From assembly GCA_965203295.1 (NCBI GenBank), contig CBDBCZ010000018.1, positions 544,001-608,000 of the forward strand: a stretch of 64,000 nucleotides of DNA. The letters are read 5' to 3'. This stretch comes from Nitrospirales bacterium (GTDB lineage Bacteria > Nitrospirota > Nitrospiria > Nitrospirales > UBA8639). Below, in pieces: positions 34,901 through 48,430 of this stretch (position 1 is the first letter of the stretch; each line of letters opens with the position of its first letter). Under the pieces are notes generated by a model. The model saw only the letters and a program-made list of their open reading frames with translations. It was not told where the DNA came from and searched no databases. The translations under genes and the position numbers were made by a program.

Positions 34901-37900
34901 GGTTGACGTCCAAAGTTGGGAAAAAAAAATGTTTTTAAGTTTCATTGGTGTAGGGTGACGATGAATTTTTTCTTGTACCTCAAAGTTTGCTGATCTACAG
35001 TATATTCGTATTGTGTACTCTTGTATTCAGACTATGGATGCTTGCTACTATTGTAGAAATAGTTGTTGAAGTACACAACAATACAGTCACCCAGCATTTA
35101 ACCATAGAGATCCTAAAACAACCTAATATGCATCATAACTGCCAGTAGTTATGTTACGTGAGAAAGCTAACTGTTGACTTTGCACTTAGCCTATGCCATG
35201 CCCAGTGCAAGTTGGCTTCTCTGCTGACTCAGCTACAGATGTATATTTCTTTAGCCACTCTTCAGTGAGTGTGCTTGTAGCTCATTTATTCACCCCAATA
35301 AAGTTAGCAGCACCTAGCAATGACATATTATAAATTTTTCTATGATATGTAGCACGAGGCAAAGTGATGAAGTGAAGAATAAATGTTACACTACATACTT
35401 ATTCCATGCTTTTCCACTAACCTTCCTGCAACTGGAACAAGTTATCCTGTGTCTCATTACCACAAATCTCTGTTGTGCCAAAGCCAGGGCTTTCCACTTC
35501 AATGTAATCTGTGCACCTGGAAATGGAGTAAAGCTATGTGAATGTTTGTTCGCTTAGTCCTTTCTCCTCCAATGGCACAACATAATTATCAATCACAAAG
35601 TACTTGAATTTCTTGTTTTCTACTGTCTCATTTTGGTGGCAATTGGTGGCTACGTGGACCTGCCTTTCTCCTTATTTTCTATTTTGACTGTTTGCTGCAA
35701 CCGAGTGTACCACACTATAAACCTATATTAAACTTACCATGGTAAAGCAAATTCTACACAGAGTGAAAACATCCAAATAGCTGTACAGTACTGGTACATT
35801 ACACCTCAACATGAATGCAAATAACTACCCTTTTTTCAGGTAGAAAGATGCTACGTATAAGTTTGTCCATGTATACAAAGTACTTATCCAAAGTACTTAA
35901 AGCTTGGCTCCACCTACTGCAGGTGCAACCAATGCAGTCTGTAACAGAATCAATCTCAGATGGTTGGTTAAAAGGTTCTGGTCATGGTGTTCACAATTCT
36001 TCAAAGTATAATGCATACATGTACATTGTTAAAAGGTACAAAGTGTTAATGTATGCATACCTGCCAAAGCAGTCAGCTTCCTGTAAGTCTAGGTGAATGG
36101 TGTTGTAGAAGGCAAGTCTACCCGTGGGACACTGGACATTGTAGGTGACTAGCAAGGCATTGGCATAGCTGAGGAAGAGAACACAGGAGATTAACACACA
36201 AACTCTTGAAGTCACAAATAAACCTAGCGTGTTCATATAAAAATCCACAGTTAGTTTTAAAAACCTTGCATGTATTATCCGACTACCTTTGCATCAAAGA
36301 TGTATAGGTTAACACAACTTCCATCTGAAAAAGGTTTCAAGTCACTTGTACAATGTGCTCTACAGTTCTTAATCACTAGCAAATCCAAATTAAAAGATAA
36401 TCTGGAGTTGATTGGGTGTGACAAACAATTTTAACATCTCTGAGGGAAACTTAGCACTGTGACCAACCCAAATTTCATGGAGTAAAGCCACATGGCTTTC
36501 ACTAATATTGTCATTCTTTTTGTAAAGGCACAGTTACCTTTTATCAGCTAGGTGTACGTAAAAGTGTGTGAATGGCTAGTCTTATTATAGGCCAGCCCCA
36601 GTTGCTTATGGAAGAACGAAGAGATTGGCAATGCTGCTTTAAAAATTTATGGCATTGCTCGATCGTGCCATCAGTCTCCAGCGCTCATATCTCCATAGAT
36701 AATTTCTATGATATCTCAGCATACTGTACAGCTACACAAACTGTACTAACCCGAAAGCTGTAGGTACTAGCTGAGCCTCTTTTGATCAAACTACATGACA
36801 ATTTTGTCGACAACTGATCTTTGGTTTGCAATGACTTTGAAGATGTCAACCATGAAGTAGTCACAGAGATGTCACTTTGAACACGTCCTTTGCCACCGGG
36901 GAGGGTGAAACAAACTATATATAAATGCTATAGCTGAAATTGTTGAACGCATAGCATGAAATATTGGCCTCGCTGCACTGGTCCAGGACAATAATACATC
37001 AAACATTGCTATGCCTATTACCAGCTTTGTAGGCCAAGCTACAGCAAGCGAGCATAGTTTGTAAAAATTTGTTAGTGGCCACAACAGTTCTGCTGTGGTA
37101 ACGTACAGCTGCTAACAGGAAGTACACTACAAAACTGGCGAGTCAGCATTTTTGCTGCACTACATTATTTTGGTTGTTTATCTGGTGCTGTAGGATACAC
37201 ATTATACATAGGTTTATGGTTGCAGTATCTTAAACTGACCTCTTTCTGCTATTTGATGTTTCACTTTAACTATGGGCGAATCACGGTCACATGTTCTATA
37301 ATCATATGGTATACATATTCTTCATTACTTAGTTATCCCACCATTACTTTGGGGCCATCAGCTAAGCATGAGAAATTACACAAACACGTGCATACACAAA
37401 CACACATACACAAACTCACTTTTCTTCCAAAAAGAAACCCGGAGAAAATAGTACACGAAGATTCGGATTTCCCAGATCGTTGATTGGGTTGTATGAAGCC
37501 GGGAACCTCCTTTGATCTCTGTAGAAGCACTCTAGGGATCCAGAAGCTCCTCGACCAATTCTAGTGCGGTATATTCCCTGCTCACTGCAAAGAAATAATA
37601 ATTCAATAAAGAGAACTAACATGACACAAATATAAGTTAAGTGTGCTGAAACAATAATGTGTTTCTTTTGTTTTTGAAGGTAGCTAATGGCACTTTGTTA
37701 TATCAGGATTGGTAGAAATGATAATATTAAATTTAGTGGAGCTATAGCATGATATGAACTGTAGGGAATATTGTGCTGGGAACAGTGGTACTATTATTGG
37801 TGTGTTAGGTTACAGTGTATGGATTCCAATACACTACACAGGATAGTTCTGCAATCTAAAAGCAATATATTTTGATCATTATTATGTTCATAGTCTTCAT

Positions 37901-40900
37901 CCAGGTGAGTGCATGAACGAAGGGAACGAATAACTGAGGCACACATTCGATATTGATAATCGTATATGCTGTAGATTACTTTTTAACTTCGCTATGAATG
38001 TATCGATCCCAATCATAACCAGACTATTTCTGCCATATACACCTCAGTGCTAACTAATACTTTGCTACATGATCACTGTATGGCAGTGCATGGTCTGACT
38101 CACTACAATAAGCTCAATGAGTTATGTACTCTTTCAAATGTCACATAACAAGCCTGCACAGTGTGTTCTGCTCACAGATACAAGTGTGAAGGGGCTGTGC
38201 GTGCACATAAATTTACAGAAAAGAGTTTCTGTGAATGACGTCAGCCACGTCGTGTGGAGCAGTGTACATGTACAGTAAGTGGATGAAATAGAAATTCTGC
38301 CCTCCTCCAACTAAAGATGCCAGTTTAAATATTATAGCAATAAGGCCTATATCCTTTGATTCACTAAAATTATGGCGTATGTCTTACTATTAAAAATCTG
38401 AAGCGCTTCCCTTTCAGTAGTGGCTCTATTTTTAAGCGCATGTCTGGTCTTTCAGAGATAAATGGGATCAAAAGAACCAAACTAACAATCATTTTCTAGG
38501 AAAAAGCTCGCAAGCACTTGTAATTCGCTAACTATTCTAGTGGACAGTGGTAGGATGATGGATGGATAATATTTCGTCATAGTATCCACTAGTTTCCAAA
38601 TCACATGAAATTCTGTCAGAAAAAAGCCTGTGAATAACAGGCTTTATATTCACCTCCCGTAAGAGTCTGGGCATGTGGCTAAACTGTGACTGACTTATAT
38701 ACCTCGGACCATGAGGAGATTGTTCACTAGAGGTTCCGGCTTACTTTGCACCAGGTGGTCTAGCATTTGGCAGGCATGGGAAATCATCCACTCGGCTGAA
38801 GCGGCAGCGAACTGAAGGTCGCTGTGAGTCTGCAACCCTGCGAAGTAATATGTACAACACCTGACCATTACAATATGCCATATGAAAAACACATGGGAAG
38901 TCCAAGGTATATACAAAGTGAACATTATTCCAACACACAATCGGTGCCACTCTGTACAGCGCTTGTGTATTCAAGTGGTGGGCATGACTAATTGTTGCTG
39001 ACACGGACTACGCAAGCATGTGTCCAGAGCCGGCCCCTGTCGTATTCTAGTGTATTAAAGAATGACAAAATGTAGCGTTGTTAAATAAGAAAGAGCTGGA
39101 GATCGAATGAATGGAAGCGCTTTGGTGACTATACACTCACACATTTTTTTCAAAGTAAAATGTCGTTTTAGCAATTGCTTAACCCTGTAAATCGCGGGTT
39201 TGACCAGTTTTGAATGGACAGACAACAGAGAGATAGACAGACACACGGAAAGAACTAATTGCTTAACTCCACCGCATAAGTGTGGGGTAAATAATATTAT
39301 CAATTTTTGTACATTCTGGCCATAATAAATACAGCTTAAGCTCAGCTGAGAGGGAAGATTGTAGCCTCAATTCCAGGCTCTCAATTCCATGTTTTTTTAT
39401 ACACCTACCCTTTTATAGGGTCCCAAATCCAGCTGTTTTACGTAACACGACACTTTATAACACATCAATAATGGAAGTTAGCACATGTCGTTGTTCCCAT
39501 AAAGATAATACCCAAATAAAGAACTTTAAAAGTAAATGTATAGCTTACTATCAGACTACTCTTAGCTTCAGATCTTATATCACACGGGAATGAGGTTCTC
39601 ATCTCCATGTACTCTCTCAGTATATCCAGCTACAGCTTAAATTGTATGTTTATAACTTATTACCACAGCTACTCGACCTGCTCTTTTAACACTACACTAC
39701 TGGAATGGCCACACTTGTGCTGGATAGAACCCCCACAAAAAAAAACAATAAAAAAAACAACACAACACTAAAACAAGGCACTCACCAGTCCCCTAACTAT
39801 ATGTCACTACAATCACAGAATGGTTACAGAAGTTCACAACACACATGAGCTTCTCAAATGTTATCATTCGACTACTAGCTGTTATTTTGCAATACACAGG
39901 GCAGCAATAACAGTTATTACTAACCCTGTTTTCCACAAGATAAACTATAGCAGATAACAGTAAGCAGTACAATAAGACTACTACAGTACTACAGCCAGAC
40001 TGCTTCCAGGTTTACCACAGCAGATGGTCATACAACTGCTATACAAAGGTTTCCTGAAACAGCTGTTTACCTTTCCAAGAACTGGGTGTGTGAATGACTT
40101 GGTATTTGCAGTCACAAACACTCTCAGACTATGGTATGCATAACAAGATCAGAAGTTAATGAGGGCAATAAAATTAAGACACCTCATAATAAACTATAAT
40201 TATTTCATAGAGAAATTGAAAGCTGGGAACCGTATAGTTTACGCTCTAGTTAGTGATCTCAAACAGGTGGTATATCTTAGCTGTTTGCGTGGGATGCACC
40301 GATAATTTCCAAGGGCAAAGCCCAACAAACTTAGCATCCTTCACTTCTCTAAAACAGCTAGGAGAGCTATATATCTGCCTGAGAGCACTAACCTTATAGA
40401 GTAGCCTAAACATTGCCTACTACACCACTTGCCGCATCACTATCCTTGCTTGCCATGCTAGAAAAATGCAGGCAACCGTTCTCTCCATGCATTATTAAGA
40501 TCCACACCCAAAGTATATATATTCTGTCACCCCAGATGAGATGGCTAAAAAGAGAGAAAAGGTGCAAGCATGGTGTTCTGAAAACGTATAGTCATTCGTA
40601 TGTATTTTTTGAGACCTCATCTCTCATGTACTCTCTTTTGAAGTTTTCGGTAATTGTATAACTACATAATATATGTACTTTAAGCATGTTCTGTAACTAT
40701 CACAGTCAATATATAGACCTAACATTTGAAGAACAGCCTCATAATATGCTGCTTGTTGCAAGAATAATAGTGGCAACCTCTGTTGTTACAAAGCATATTT
40801 TGTGGGCATCAGATAAGTTGCTTAGCAGATGTTCACAGAGTATCCTGGAAGCCAACCTTCATGGTTCTATATATGTAGCTAACTGGAATCCTGTTGTGCA

Positions 40901-42408
40901 GGCAAGGAAGTTTTCTGTAGACAATCTCATGTACAATCACACGCCGATCAAAACTAATTTAAAACTCTAAAACACCATCTGCTCATTGACCAAGTGGTAG
41001 CTACTTAAAAGATTATTTTAGGTGGGCTGTATAGGGGTTTGGGCTTGGCCTTGTCAGTTAGTTTCCTGAGCCATGCGGACAGCATTCCTGATAGCATGTC
41101 ACAAAATTAATGTGTTGTTACAACTGATCAGCCCTACAAGCAATCAATTCATCAACGTTACATTTGAAAAACTTACGTAGGCTTAACACACAGAATGACA
41201 AGACATTATACTAATACACAATCATGCAGTGAACCATGCATAACTGAATTTGATTGCTATTTGAATGTGCATCAAACTGTAACAATTATGCTCGGGGCAA
41301 GTCCAGGTGCATTACATGACAAAACGTTGCTCAACCTGCATGCACTTCACAAAGAATCATAGGACAGACTACACGTACAGCTATGACCAACATGCCATTA
41401 CAATAAAAAATTATGCTCCAAACCCTAGTATACTTCATATTACCCACACTAACTACTTCACACTCTCACAGCTGTATGGTAAACAACTCGAGACACCAAC
41501 AAGTATCATCTATTATGCAAAATAGTAGCAATCTTACTTGAGTAGGTAGAAAATGAACATTATACTGATGTGCAATCCGGCTGTGTCTTTGTTTTGAAGT
41601 GTTAATATTAGACCTAACCTCCACTAAGTAGGGGTTAAATACGTTATGTAAATTTTGCACTTGTTGACGCAACTAGCTATGCAATGTGTTTGAGGCCCTG
41701 CCTTGTGCAAGTTGTGAAATATCACCTTTCGAAAGCAAAAACATAATATGAAACTTATAAATGCAAATTTTATACACAAGAACACCTCACAATAGCTATA
41801 CATTGCCACTTCCAATCACTACAAACTTTGTGCAGAAAAAAAGCTGTCAATTACAATACCCTTACGTAGAGAATTGGATTGGCATTGGTGATGTAACTAA
41901 ATACATGTTTTCTTGTACTTCACAACACCCGAATGTCTCTGCATTCACTGGGACACCTTCCAATCCCAATAAACCACTCAGCACTGTCTAATCCACCACG
42001 GTAATCACTGGAGTTTACTAGCATTAGGAGTTTGCACTAATACCTCCAGTAAATTTACAGGGGAGTTCGGCAATGATTGTATGACTGAGTATAGCTAGGT
42101 AAATAGGACAGCTATATTCATAGTCGTTTTCAGCTTTACAAAACTGGATATACACTCCAGTGTCCAAATTACCACCTAGGTTAAAATTGCGTTAGAATAA
42201 CCTTGCTTTACCTGGCATCGCTATATATGACAAGAAGCCTTCACCTATAATATGTCTCTATCCATAATATTAGTTAATACACACACTCAGAACTGCATAC
42301 ACCTCATGAGACTCATCAACAAAACAAATGTAAATAACTGCAATCTTACCTGAGCATCCAGGCACAGCAAACAGCTGCAGTGCAAAATATGGAGACCTTA
42401 AACTCCAT
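25980..42408 (-). CDS. Secreted CUB-like protein, paralog B (7 exons, 281 aa in preferred model)
   Basis: Exons 42350-42408, 37420-37584, 36061-36168, 35422-35516, 34137-34235, 32366-32424 and distal exon 25980-26240 (acceptor cctttacag|GGT, phase 0, GTLDKLMSELF...KLDEKCN*); 846 nt with no internal stop. The first six exons are well supported. Joining the distal exon is inferred from phase and from its conservation in C. Confidence 0.8.
26684..26969 (+). repeat. 5' LTR
   Basis: TGTAATATC...GATACTATA; matches 30942-31227. Confidence 0.95.
26972..26984 (+). promoter_or_regulatory. Primer binding site TGGCGACGAGGAT (complementary to a tRNA-Ser 3' end)
   Basis: Lies 2 nt after the 5' LTR. Its reverse complement ATCCTCGTCGCCA matches the 3' end of metazoan tRNA-Ser(GCU) as recalled. 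Confidence 0.8.
27008..30911 (+). pseudogene. gag-pol: gag-pol polyprotein with two frameshifts and one nonsense codon
   Basis: Two CCHC knuckles (CYRCGRGSHSPSEC, CHQCKKKGHIAPVC), protease LDTGA, RT YIDD, RNase H DAS, integrase HHCC, VDFAG, SDNG and NGLAER. Frameshifts near 27273 and 29185, and TGA at 29709-29711. Confidence 0.93.
30942..31227 (+). repeat. 3' LTR
   Basis: Preceded by the polypurine tract AGTGGGAGGAAGA (30929-30941). Confidence 0.95.
31399..31769. mobile_element. hAT-type MITE, 371 bp, specific to paralog B
   Basis: 14-bp TIR CAGTG(G/C)CGTAGCTA; 8-bp TSD GTCCTAAT at 31391-31398 and 31770-31777; empty site in A and C. Confidence 0.9.
31868..32290. mobile_element. Older MITE-like insertion shared by B and C (C copy ~52057-52490), absent from A
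   Basis: Flanked by a (T/G)GGCTGGA direct repeat, with degenerate ends. A has a single GGCTGGA at ~664. It could alternatively be a microhomology deletion in A. Confidence 0.55.
32626..33498. mobile_element. Crypton-like non-autonomous element with a ~160-bp terminal hairpin, specific to paralog B
   Basis: Absent from A and C (acaatttg|acatcaaa). TATATG at both ends (32626, 33493). Fold-back at 32631-32788 centred on CACGAGGCGAAGCCGAGTG. Confidence 0.6.
34346..34633. mobile_element. Hairpin-bearing insertion (Crypton-like class), specific to paralog B
   Basis: Absent from C. Fold-back GTTATATCACC...TTATAAGCCC...GGGCTTATAA...GGTGATATAAC, plus three 21-bp repeats (ATATAGGCACTCTTCACACCT). Confidence 0.55.
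38938..39292 (-). mobile_element. Degenerate Helentron/DINE-like element
   Basis: The minus strand begins TTACCCC..stem..GCAATT..GTCTGTC-rich, the same architecture as 2805 and 6681, and interrupts sequence homologous to 14340-14490. Confidence 0.45.
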
Positions 42409-42447
42409 CTCCTGCGAATTTCTTTGAACAGGCTATAAGTTCTAGTC

Positions 42448-42455
42448 TATTTATA
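42448..42455 (-). promoter_or_regulatory. TATA box of paralog B
   Basis: TATAAATA at the same 40-nt spacing from the ATG as in A and C. Confidence 0.65.
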
Positions 42456-43516
42456 GTAAATTATGCAGCCTCTTAGAATCCTCTAGAATGTCTAGCGTGG
42501 GATGCATACAGGATATTGCTGGATGGGATGTAACCCAAAGGAATCTGCAAACCTAGTGAAATCGTGTACAACAGGATATTGCCTAATATGGAATAACCTA
42601 CAGAGTTGAATTTACTACAGGGCTGCATGGGAATACAACCAGGGTGTGTTTTCCAATATTAATTAAGTATCCTATTTGGAGCCTCAAAAACAAATGGGCT
42701 GGAAATAGGTACATTGGTAATGTGAGGCTTGGGGTTAAAGATAGACATCTTGAAGTATAAACGAGGCTGGAAATGGGTAGATTGGTAATGTGAGGCCCGG
42801 AGTAAGATGGACACAGGACAGCCTGGAATGCAACCAGGTGTGTGTTTTCCGATGTTAATTAAGCATTCTAATACGGAGCCTCATCAAAGTATTGGGCTAG
42901 GAAGTTCTAATTTTCAAGTAGAGGCAGTGGTATTAGGAACACCCAATTAGGACAGTTAGAGAACAACAGCTGTAATACCGCTTTTGATTTGTATGGGATC
43001 ATGCAACAAACCAGTGAAACACTCCTTTAGGCACACTACCACACTCAATATTGTAGTAGTATGCATCATGAAGTGAATTTAAGCTCCGCCTACATTACAC
43101 CTGACCCTGCCTCTGCTTTTACAAGCTGTACAGCAGAGTCAGTGTCAGGCTTTCCTTAGCATGCTTGCCCCAATTCTACAACTTCCTGGATGTGATAACT
43201 AATGCAGTACTGCTCAAAGAAAGACCAAAAAATCAGCTTATTTAACATCGGTACATTCTGCCATTTTTAATTATGTTAACACAACTAGAAAAAGAGGGCC
43301 CGGGCATGTACAGGGTTTGGACACATATTTATTGTAACACATACGTAGTTTGCTTTGACTGCAATCGGTCACGCCCACTGCTTGGATACGTGAGCGTTGT
43401 ACACATGATCAGACATAATTCCTCAACATCCACACTGTTAAAATTCAATTGCCGTGACTAGTGGGATGTTGTTTGAGTTTCAACATGCATGGATAATTGC
43501 AGCACCATTATTTTTA

Positions 43517-44436
43517 TCTGAGTCTTCCTCTGCCTCCTCTACATAAATTCACCTTAGTGATGCTCTTTACTCATTTGTATTGGTAAATGCTTTCACATTC
43601 TTGACCCACACCATTCAATCTGTATCCATGTTTGTGGTGTGTTGAAACTCAAACAGCAACCCACTAGAGATGACATGTTTATTTTAGCTGTGCGTGCACT
43701 TCAGTGCACCTGCAAGGCAGTTTACTGTAGGTATTAAATTCTGGTTGTCAAAGTACTTGTCGTGAGAAGCTTAACAGATCATTCTGAGCATCAGCTTTTG
43801 CTGGGGTGTGAACCGAAAAGTACCAAGTAGATGACTTGATCGCACAGAAGAAGTCAACAGGAGGCTAGCAATTTTCCTACCCTTAGTCCCAGGCACTCAT
43901 TTAGCTTTCATATTAAGATTCTTGGAACCAATGCTACAATCTTCTCTCTCAGCTGAGTTTAAGCTGAGAAAGAGTTTATTTTTCTGTGAGTCTTCCTCTG
44001 CCTCCTCTACATAAATTCACCTTAGTGATGCTCTTTAATCATCTGTATTGGTAAATGCTTTTACATTCTTGACCCACACCATTCAATCTGTATCCATGTT
44101 TGTGGTGTGTTGAAACTCAAACAGCAACCCACTAGAGATGACGTGTTTATTTTAGCTGTGCGTGCACTTCAGTGCACCTGCAAGGCAGTTTACTGTAGGT
44201 ATTGGATTCTCGTTGTCAAAGTACTTGCTGTGAGAAGCTTAACAGATCATTCTGAGCATCAGCTTTTGCTGGGGTGTGAACTGAAAAGTACCAAGTAGAT
44301 GACTTGATCATGCACACAGAAGAAGTCAACAGAATACTAGCAATTTTCCTACCCTTAGTCTCAGGCACTCATTTAGCTTTCATATTAAGATTATAGGGAC
44401 CAATGCTACAATGTTCTCTCTCAGCTGAGTTTAAGC
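43517..44436. repeat. ~470-bp tandem repeat, 2 units (paralogous to 16441-18205)
   Basis: Same unit, starting at ~43517 and ~43983. Confidence 0.92.
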
Positions 44437-44547
44437 AGTGGTGGCATCATTGTTATGGCACTATTATAGACCTACTGCTGCCTGAATGTACAAAATTTAT
44501 GTTGATATTTGCCACACACTTATGTCAGGTTATTAAGTGATTGGTGC

Positions 44548-44742
<195 letters not shown>

Positions 44743-45649
44743 ATACCGGTTAGTTACCAAGTGATTCCTTTTGCTGCATCTCCAGCTATAGTACTACATT
44801 ACTGGAATAGCCATAGTTTCTAAATAGAGTCACCCAAAAAACATTATAATTAATTAAATTACCATGTTGCCATTTGGCTACACTAGCAAAAAGTTTGCAA
44901 GAAATTACCAAGTTGCCACTTGGCAACATGTGCACAAGATCTTTAACAAGGGGTAATGCCACACTATACCATAACAGATTAGCTACCATGCCTACATATT
45001 AATTTTGGACATCTTCAAAACAGGCATTCACCAGACTGGTTAAGGCATTTCACATGACCTTGTCACATGTTATCACTGTACTACCAGCTACTGTGATTTA
45101 TCTTGAAACGCATAGGGCAGCAATACCGTATAGCCGGAAAATTGGGCCAGGACCTTAATTTGGCTGTTTGGCGAATCGTAAAAAATCACCAAATTAAAAT
45201 TAATTCTCACGCATTGTGTAATACTTGACACCCACGCGCGCATGCAGCTACGAGAAAGAAGGTTCCCCCTCTACGTACGTGTTTCCTCTCTGTCCTGGAA
45301 GGATACCGAACTTGCGAACAAAGCTGTAAAGCGCTCTCGATCTGGAGACTGGAAGCCTGTTACACAGTCACCTCGAGGCAAGTATATTAAACACTAGTCT
45401 TACACGCCAGAAGGGCACGAATTGGAAAGTATGCCGCTGACAACGGAGCGACAAAGGCCGCTACACTCTTTAACTTCTGGATAGTAAGATCAGCGAGTCC
45501 AACGCCTCCATTCTCGGCAGCGTGGGGATATTCTCCATGTACCGTACCTGGGATTACATCATTGGTTACATCATATACCATACACAAGATGATATCATTG
45601 CTTACGTCTTTGAATAGCGCATGCGTGCATGCATTAGCAATTATAATAC

Positions 45650-46475
45650 CGGTGGTTCTCCAGTTGTGGTGGTTCGCTGGTTCAGGTGGTTCACTGGTTC
45701 AGTTGGTTCACTGGTTCACTGGTTCAGGCGGTTCACTGGTTCAGGTGGTTCACTGGTTCACTGGTTCCGATGATTCACTGGTTCTGGTGATTCACTGGTT
45801 CTGGTGGTTCACTGGTTCAGGTGGTTGACTGGTTCACTGGTTCATTGGTTCAGGCGGTTCAGGTGGTTCACAGGTTCAGGCGGTTCATTGGTTCGGCGGT
45901 TCACTGGTTTGGCGGTTCACTGGTTGAGGTGGTTTACCAGTTCTGGTGGTTCACTGGTTCAGGTGGTCCACTGGTTCACTGGTTCACTGGTTCACTGGTT
46001 CCGATGGTTCACTGTCTCTGGTGGTTCACTGGTTCAGGTGGTTCACTGGTTCAGGTGGTTCACTGGTTCAGGCAGTTCAGGTGGTTTACCAGTTCTGGTG
46101 GTTCACTGGTTCAGGTGGTTCACTGGTTCACTGGTTCGGGTAGTTCACTGGTTCAGGTGGTTCACTGGTTCACTGGTTCACTGGTTCGGGTGGTTCACTG
46201 GTTCAGGCAGTTCACTCGTTCAGGTGGTTCACTGGTTCTGGCGGTTCACTGAATCAGGTGGTTCAGTGGTTCAGGCGGTTCACTGAATCAGGTGGTTCAC
46301 TGGTTCAGGCGGTTCACTGGTTCAGATGGTTCACTGGTTCAGGCGGTTCACTGGTTCAGGTGGTTCACTGGTTCAGGTCGTTTACTGGTTCATGTGGTTC
46401 ACTGCTTCACTGGTTCACTGGTTCACTGGTACGGGCGGTTCAAGTGGTTCACTGGTTCTAGTGGTTCACTGGTTC
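45650..46475 (+). repeat. 17-bp satellite, paralog of 19415-20525, ~0.8 kb
   Basis: Direct reading; same flanks. Confidence 0.97.
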
Positions 46476-46826
46476 TGACTTGTTCATGATGATTCACTGA
46501 TTCAGCTGAGTCATTGGTTCCGGTGTTTCTGTTGGTTCACTGGTTGAGGTATTTCAAATCAGACATTGAAACAGGGTGTCAATGACAGATGTGATACTGA
46601 CAGCCTTCTTGCAAGGGTGGGTCTATGGCTATTCATGCAGTGAGTACATAATATAACTATTCCATGTATGGTGTAGTAGTTTTCAGTGATGTATTATACT
46701 TTTTAAGAAACACATCCATGGAAGAAGTGAAGAACCACGTGTCAGTTTAAAGCATATTCAAAGTGAGTGAAAACTAAAGGACTTACTATCTAAAACAGTG
46801 AGTGAACTAAACTGAAACACAATTAA

Positions 46827-47045
46827 AGTAGGAAGAGCCTCAACTCATGAATAATTAATGAGACGACGTCACTCACGTGGCGCTAATTAGATTCATTGAT
46901 ATGTTTGCATTTTCCCATGGCGGTAACCGGAATCAACAGGAGGGGTGTGTCACTTTGATGTGGATAGTGGCTCTTTCATATGCGATATCGGCACTTTGAT
47001 GTGATTGAGAGGTACTCTGGAGTTGGCTTTCAACACTTTTTTTTA
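46827..47045. mobile_element. Single end of a Kolobok-like element at the breakpoint of a B-specific replacement
   Basis: TTAA|AG start. 46845-47045 is the reverse complement of the subterminal region 2470-2668 of the first TTAA element. No second TIR was found. Confidence 0.6.
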
Positions 47046-48089
47046 AAAATGATATGACATCATAGAAATGTGAGTAGGCTTTTTATGTCAGAATAGCTAG
47101 CTAGTGTGTTGTAAAACGTTTGTTAGGCTGCCCGAGTGGCTAGACGTCAGCCAGACAGACGGATAGTGGCAGGTTCTTGCCAATTTACACCTCTTTCAGT
47201 GACCACTAATTTCTCTACAGGCTGGCAGGCATCTATTAAATTTAGACAACCTATTAAGCAGGGCACTTCAAAGGCCATGACTAGGTCTACATAATTTCAG
47301 TCAGTTTTGACATAAGGCCACATAACATAAATTACTAGATACTCATCTGCACCACCTGCCAAAGTTAAGGCTGTGGGCTGCATTACCTTTTGCTCTTGTC
47401 ACAGGTGGCTATACTCATCAGATACAAGAACAGATCAACTGCACTAATGTGCAAGCATATTCCTGTGATTTTACCCATGCAACTGATTCCCCATGCAGAT
47501 CGTAAAAAATTGGTGCATTCGGGTAAGAGATTTAATCAATAGTCATTTTGTACATGTGGCTTATTGGCAGTCTGTTTATAAACCGTGTGAAGACTACATG
47601 GAAATTAAGTTGCTGCTCGGTCACCCTATTCTGATATGTAACATATCTAGCTGTAGTCTGTTGCTGTGCAGCATGCCGTGTGCAACTTGCAGATTCAACT
47701 GACTTACTGCTGGTGTCAATGTCAGGTCGATTACTTGACTGGGTTGCATTGGATGAGGTCTGAGTTGCATAGGGTGAAATATCAGTCAATCCGTCTGATG
47801 CAGTTCTACCTGCACCACGTTCATCAGCGCTGACGGGAAAACTATTGTCAAAGTCTGCTTCCGAAAATTCTGCAGTTTCAATATATAAATTTTATAGTAA
47901 CATAATAAATCAACTATCACATGGAGTTCTGACAGTACGGATTACATGCAGAACCTTGCACAGCTTAACATACCTTCTCTCTGAGCCTCCATGGCTTTTC
48001 ATGTAGCTGCGAGTGTTTAAAAGAGTAAGAAGTATAGGGCTAATATATTGTAATGGTTTATCGGTCATACCTGTATATGTGTAGTCTGT

Positions 48090-48430
48090 GTAAGAAAGTA
48101 TATGGGTGCAGGGGCCAGACAGATGGTTGAAGAGCGTAACACCTTAAACTGGTGCTATAAGATCAGGATGTGTTTGTATGAGTGTGGGTTAGGCTTCCTA
48201 TGGCAGAGAGATCAAGCGGAGGGTCTGTCAGCTAAGGAATTCAAATCTGTGGCTGTTTATTTCGGTGGGAGAAGACAAAGTGGATGGAGAAAATCCAGGA
48301 GATGGAAAAACTAGTGTTATATTATAGAGATCAAATCAGAGGCTTGTGTTAGATGAGTGGTGAACTGTGAGTACCGCAGTGTGTTGGTGCATTTACCTGG
48401 ATGAGGTGGAGGATGAGTTGCATTAATTTT
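48090..48430 (+). mobile_element. Degenerate LINE ORF2 C-terminal fragment
   Basis: NWCYKIRMCLYECGLGFLW...W...EVEDELH motif series typical of CR1/L2-group C-termini; stops and frameshifts present. Confidence 0.55.

Noticed and set aside
40700..40930. Faint HECT-like C-terminal text on the minus strand (ENFLACTTG...DAHKICF)
   Set aside because: Too degenerate, with stops and frameshifts, to support without a profile search.
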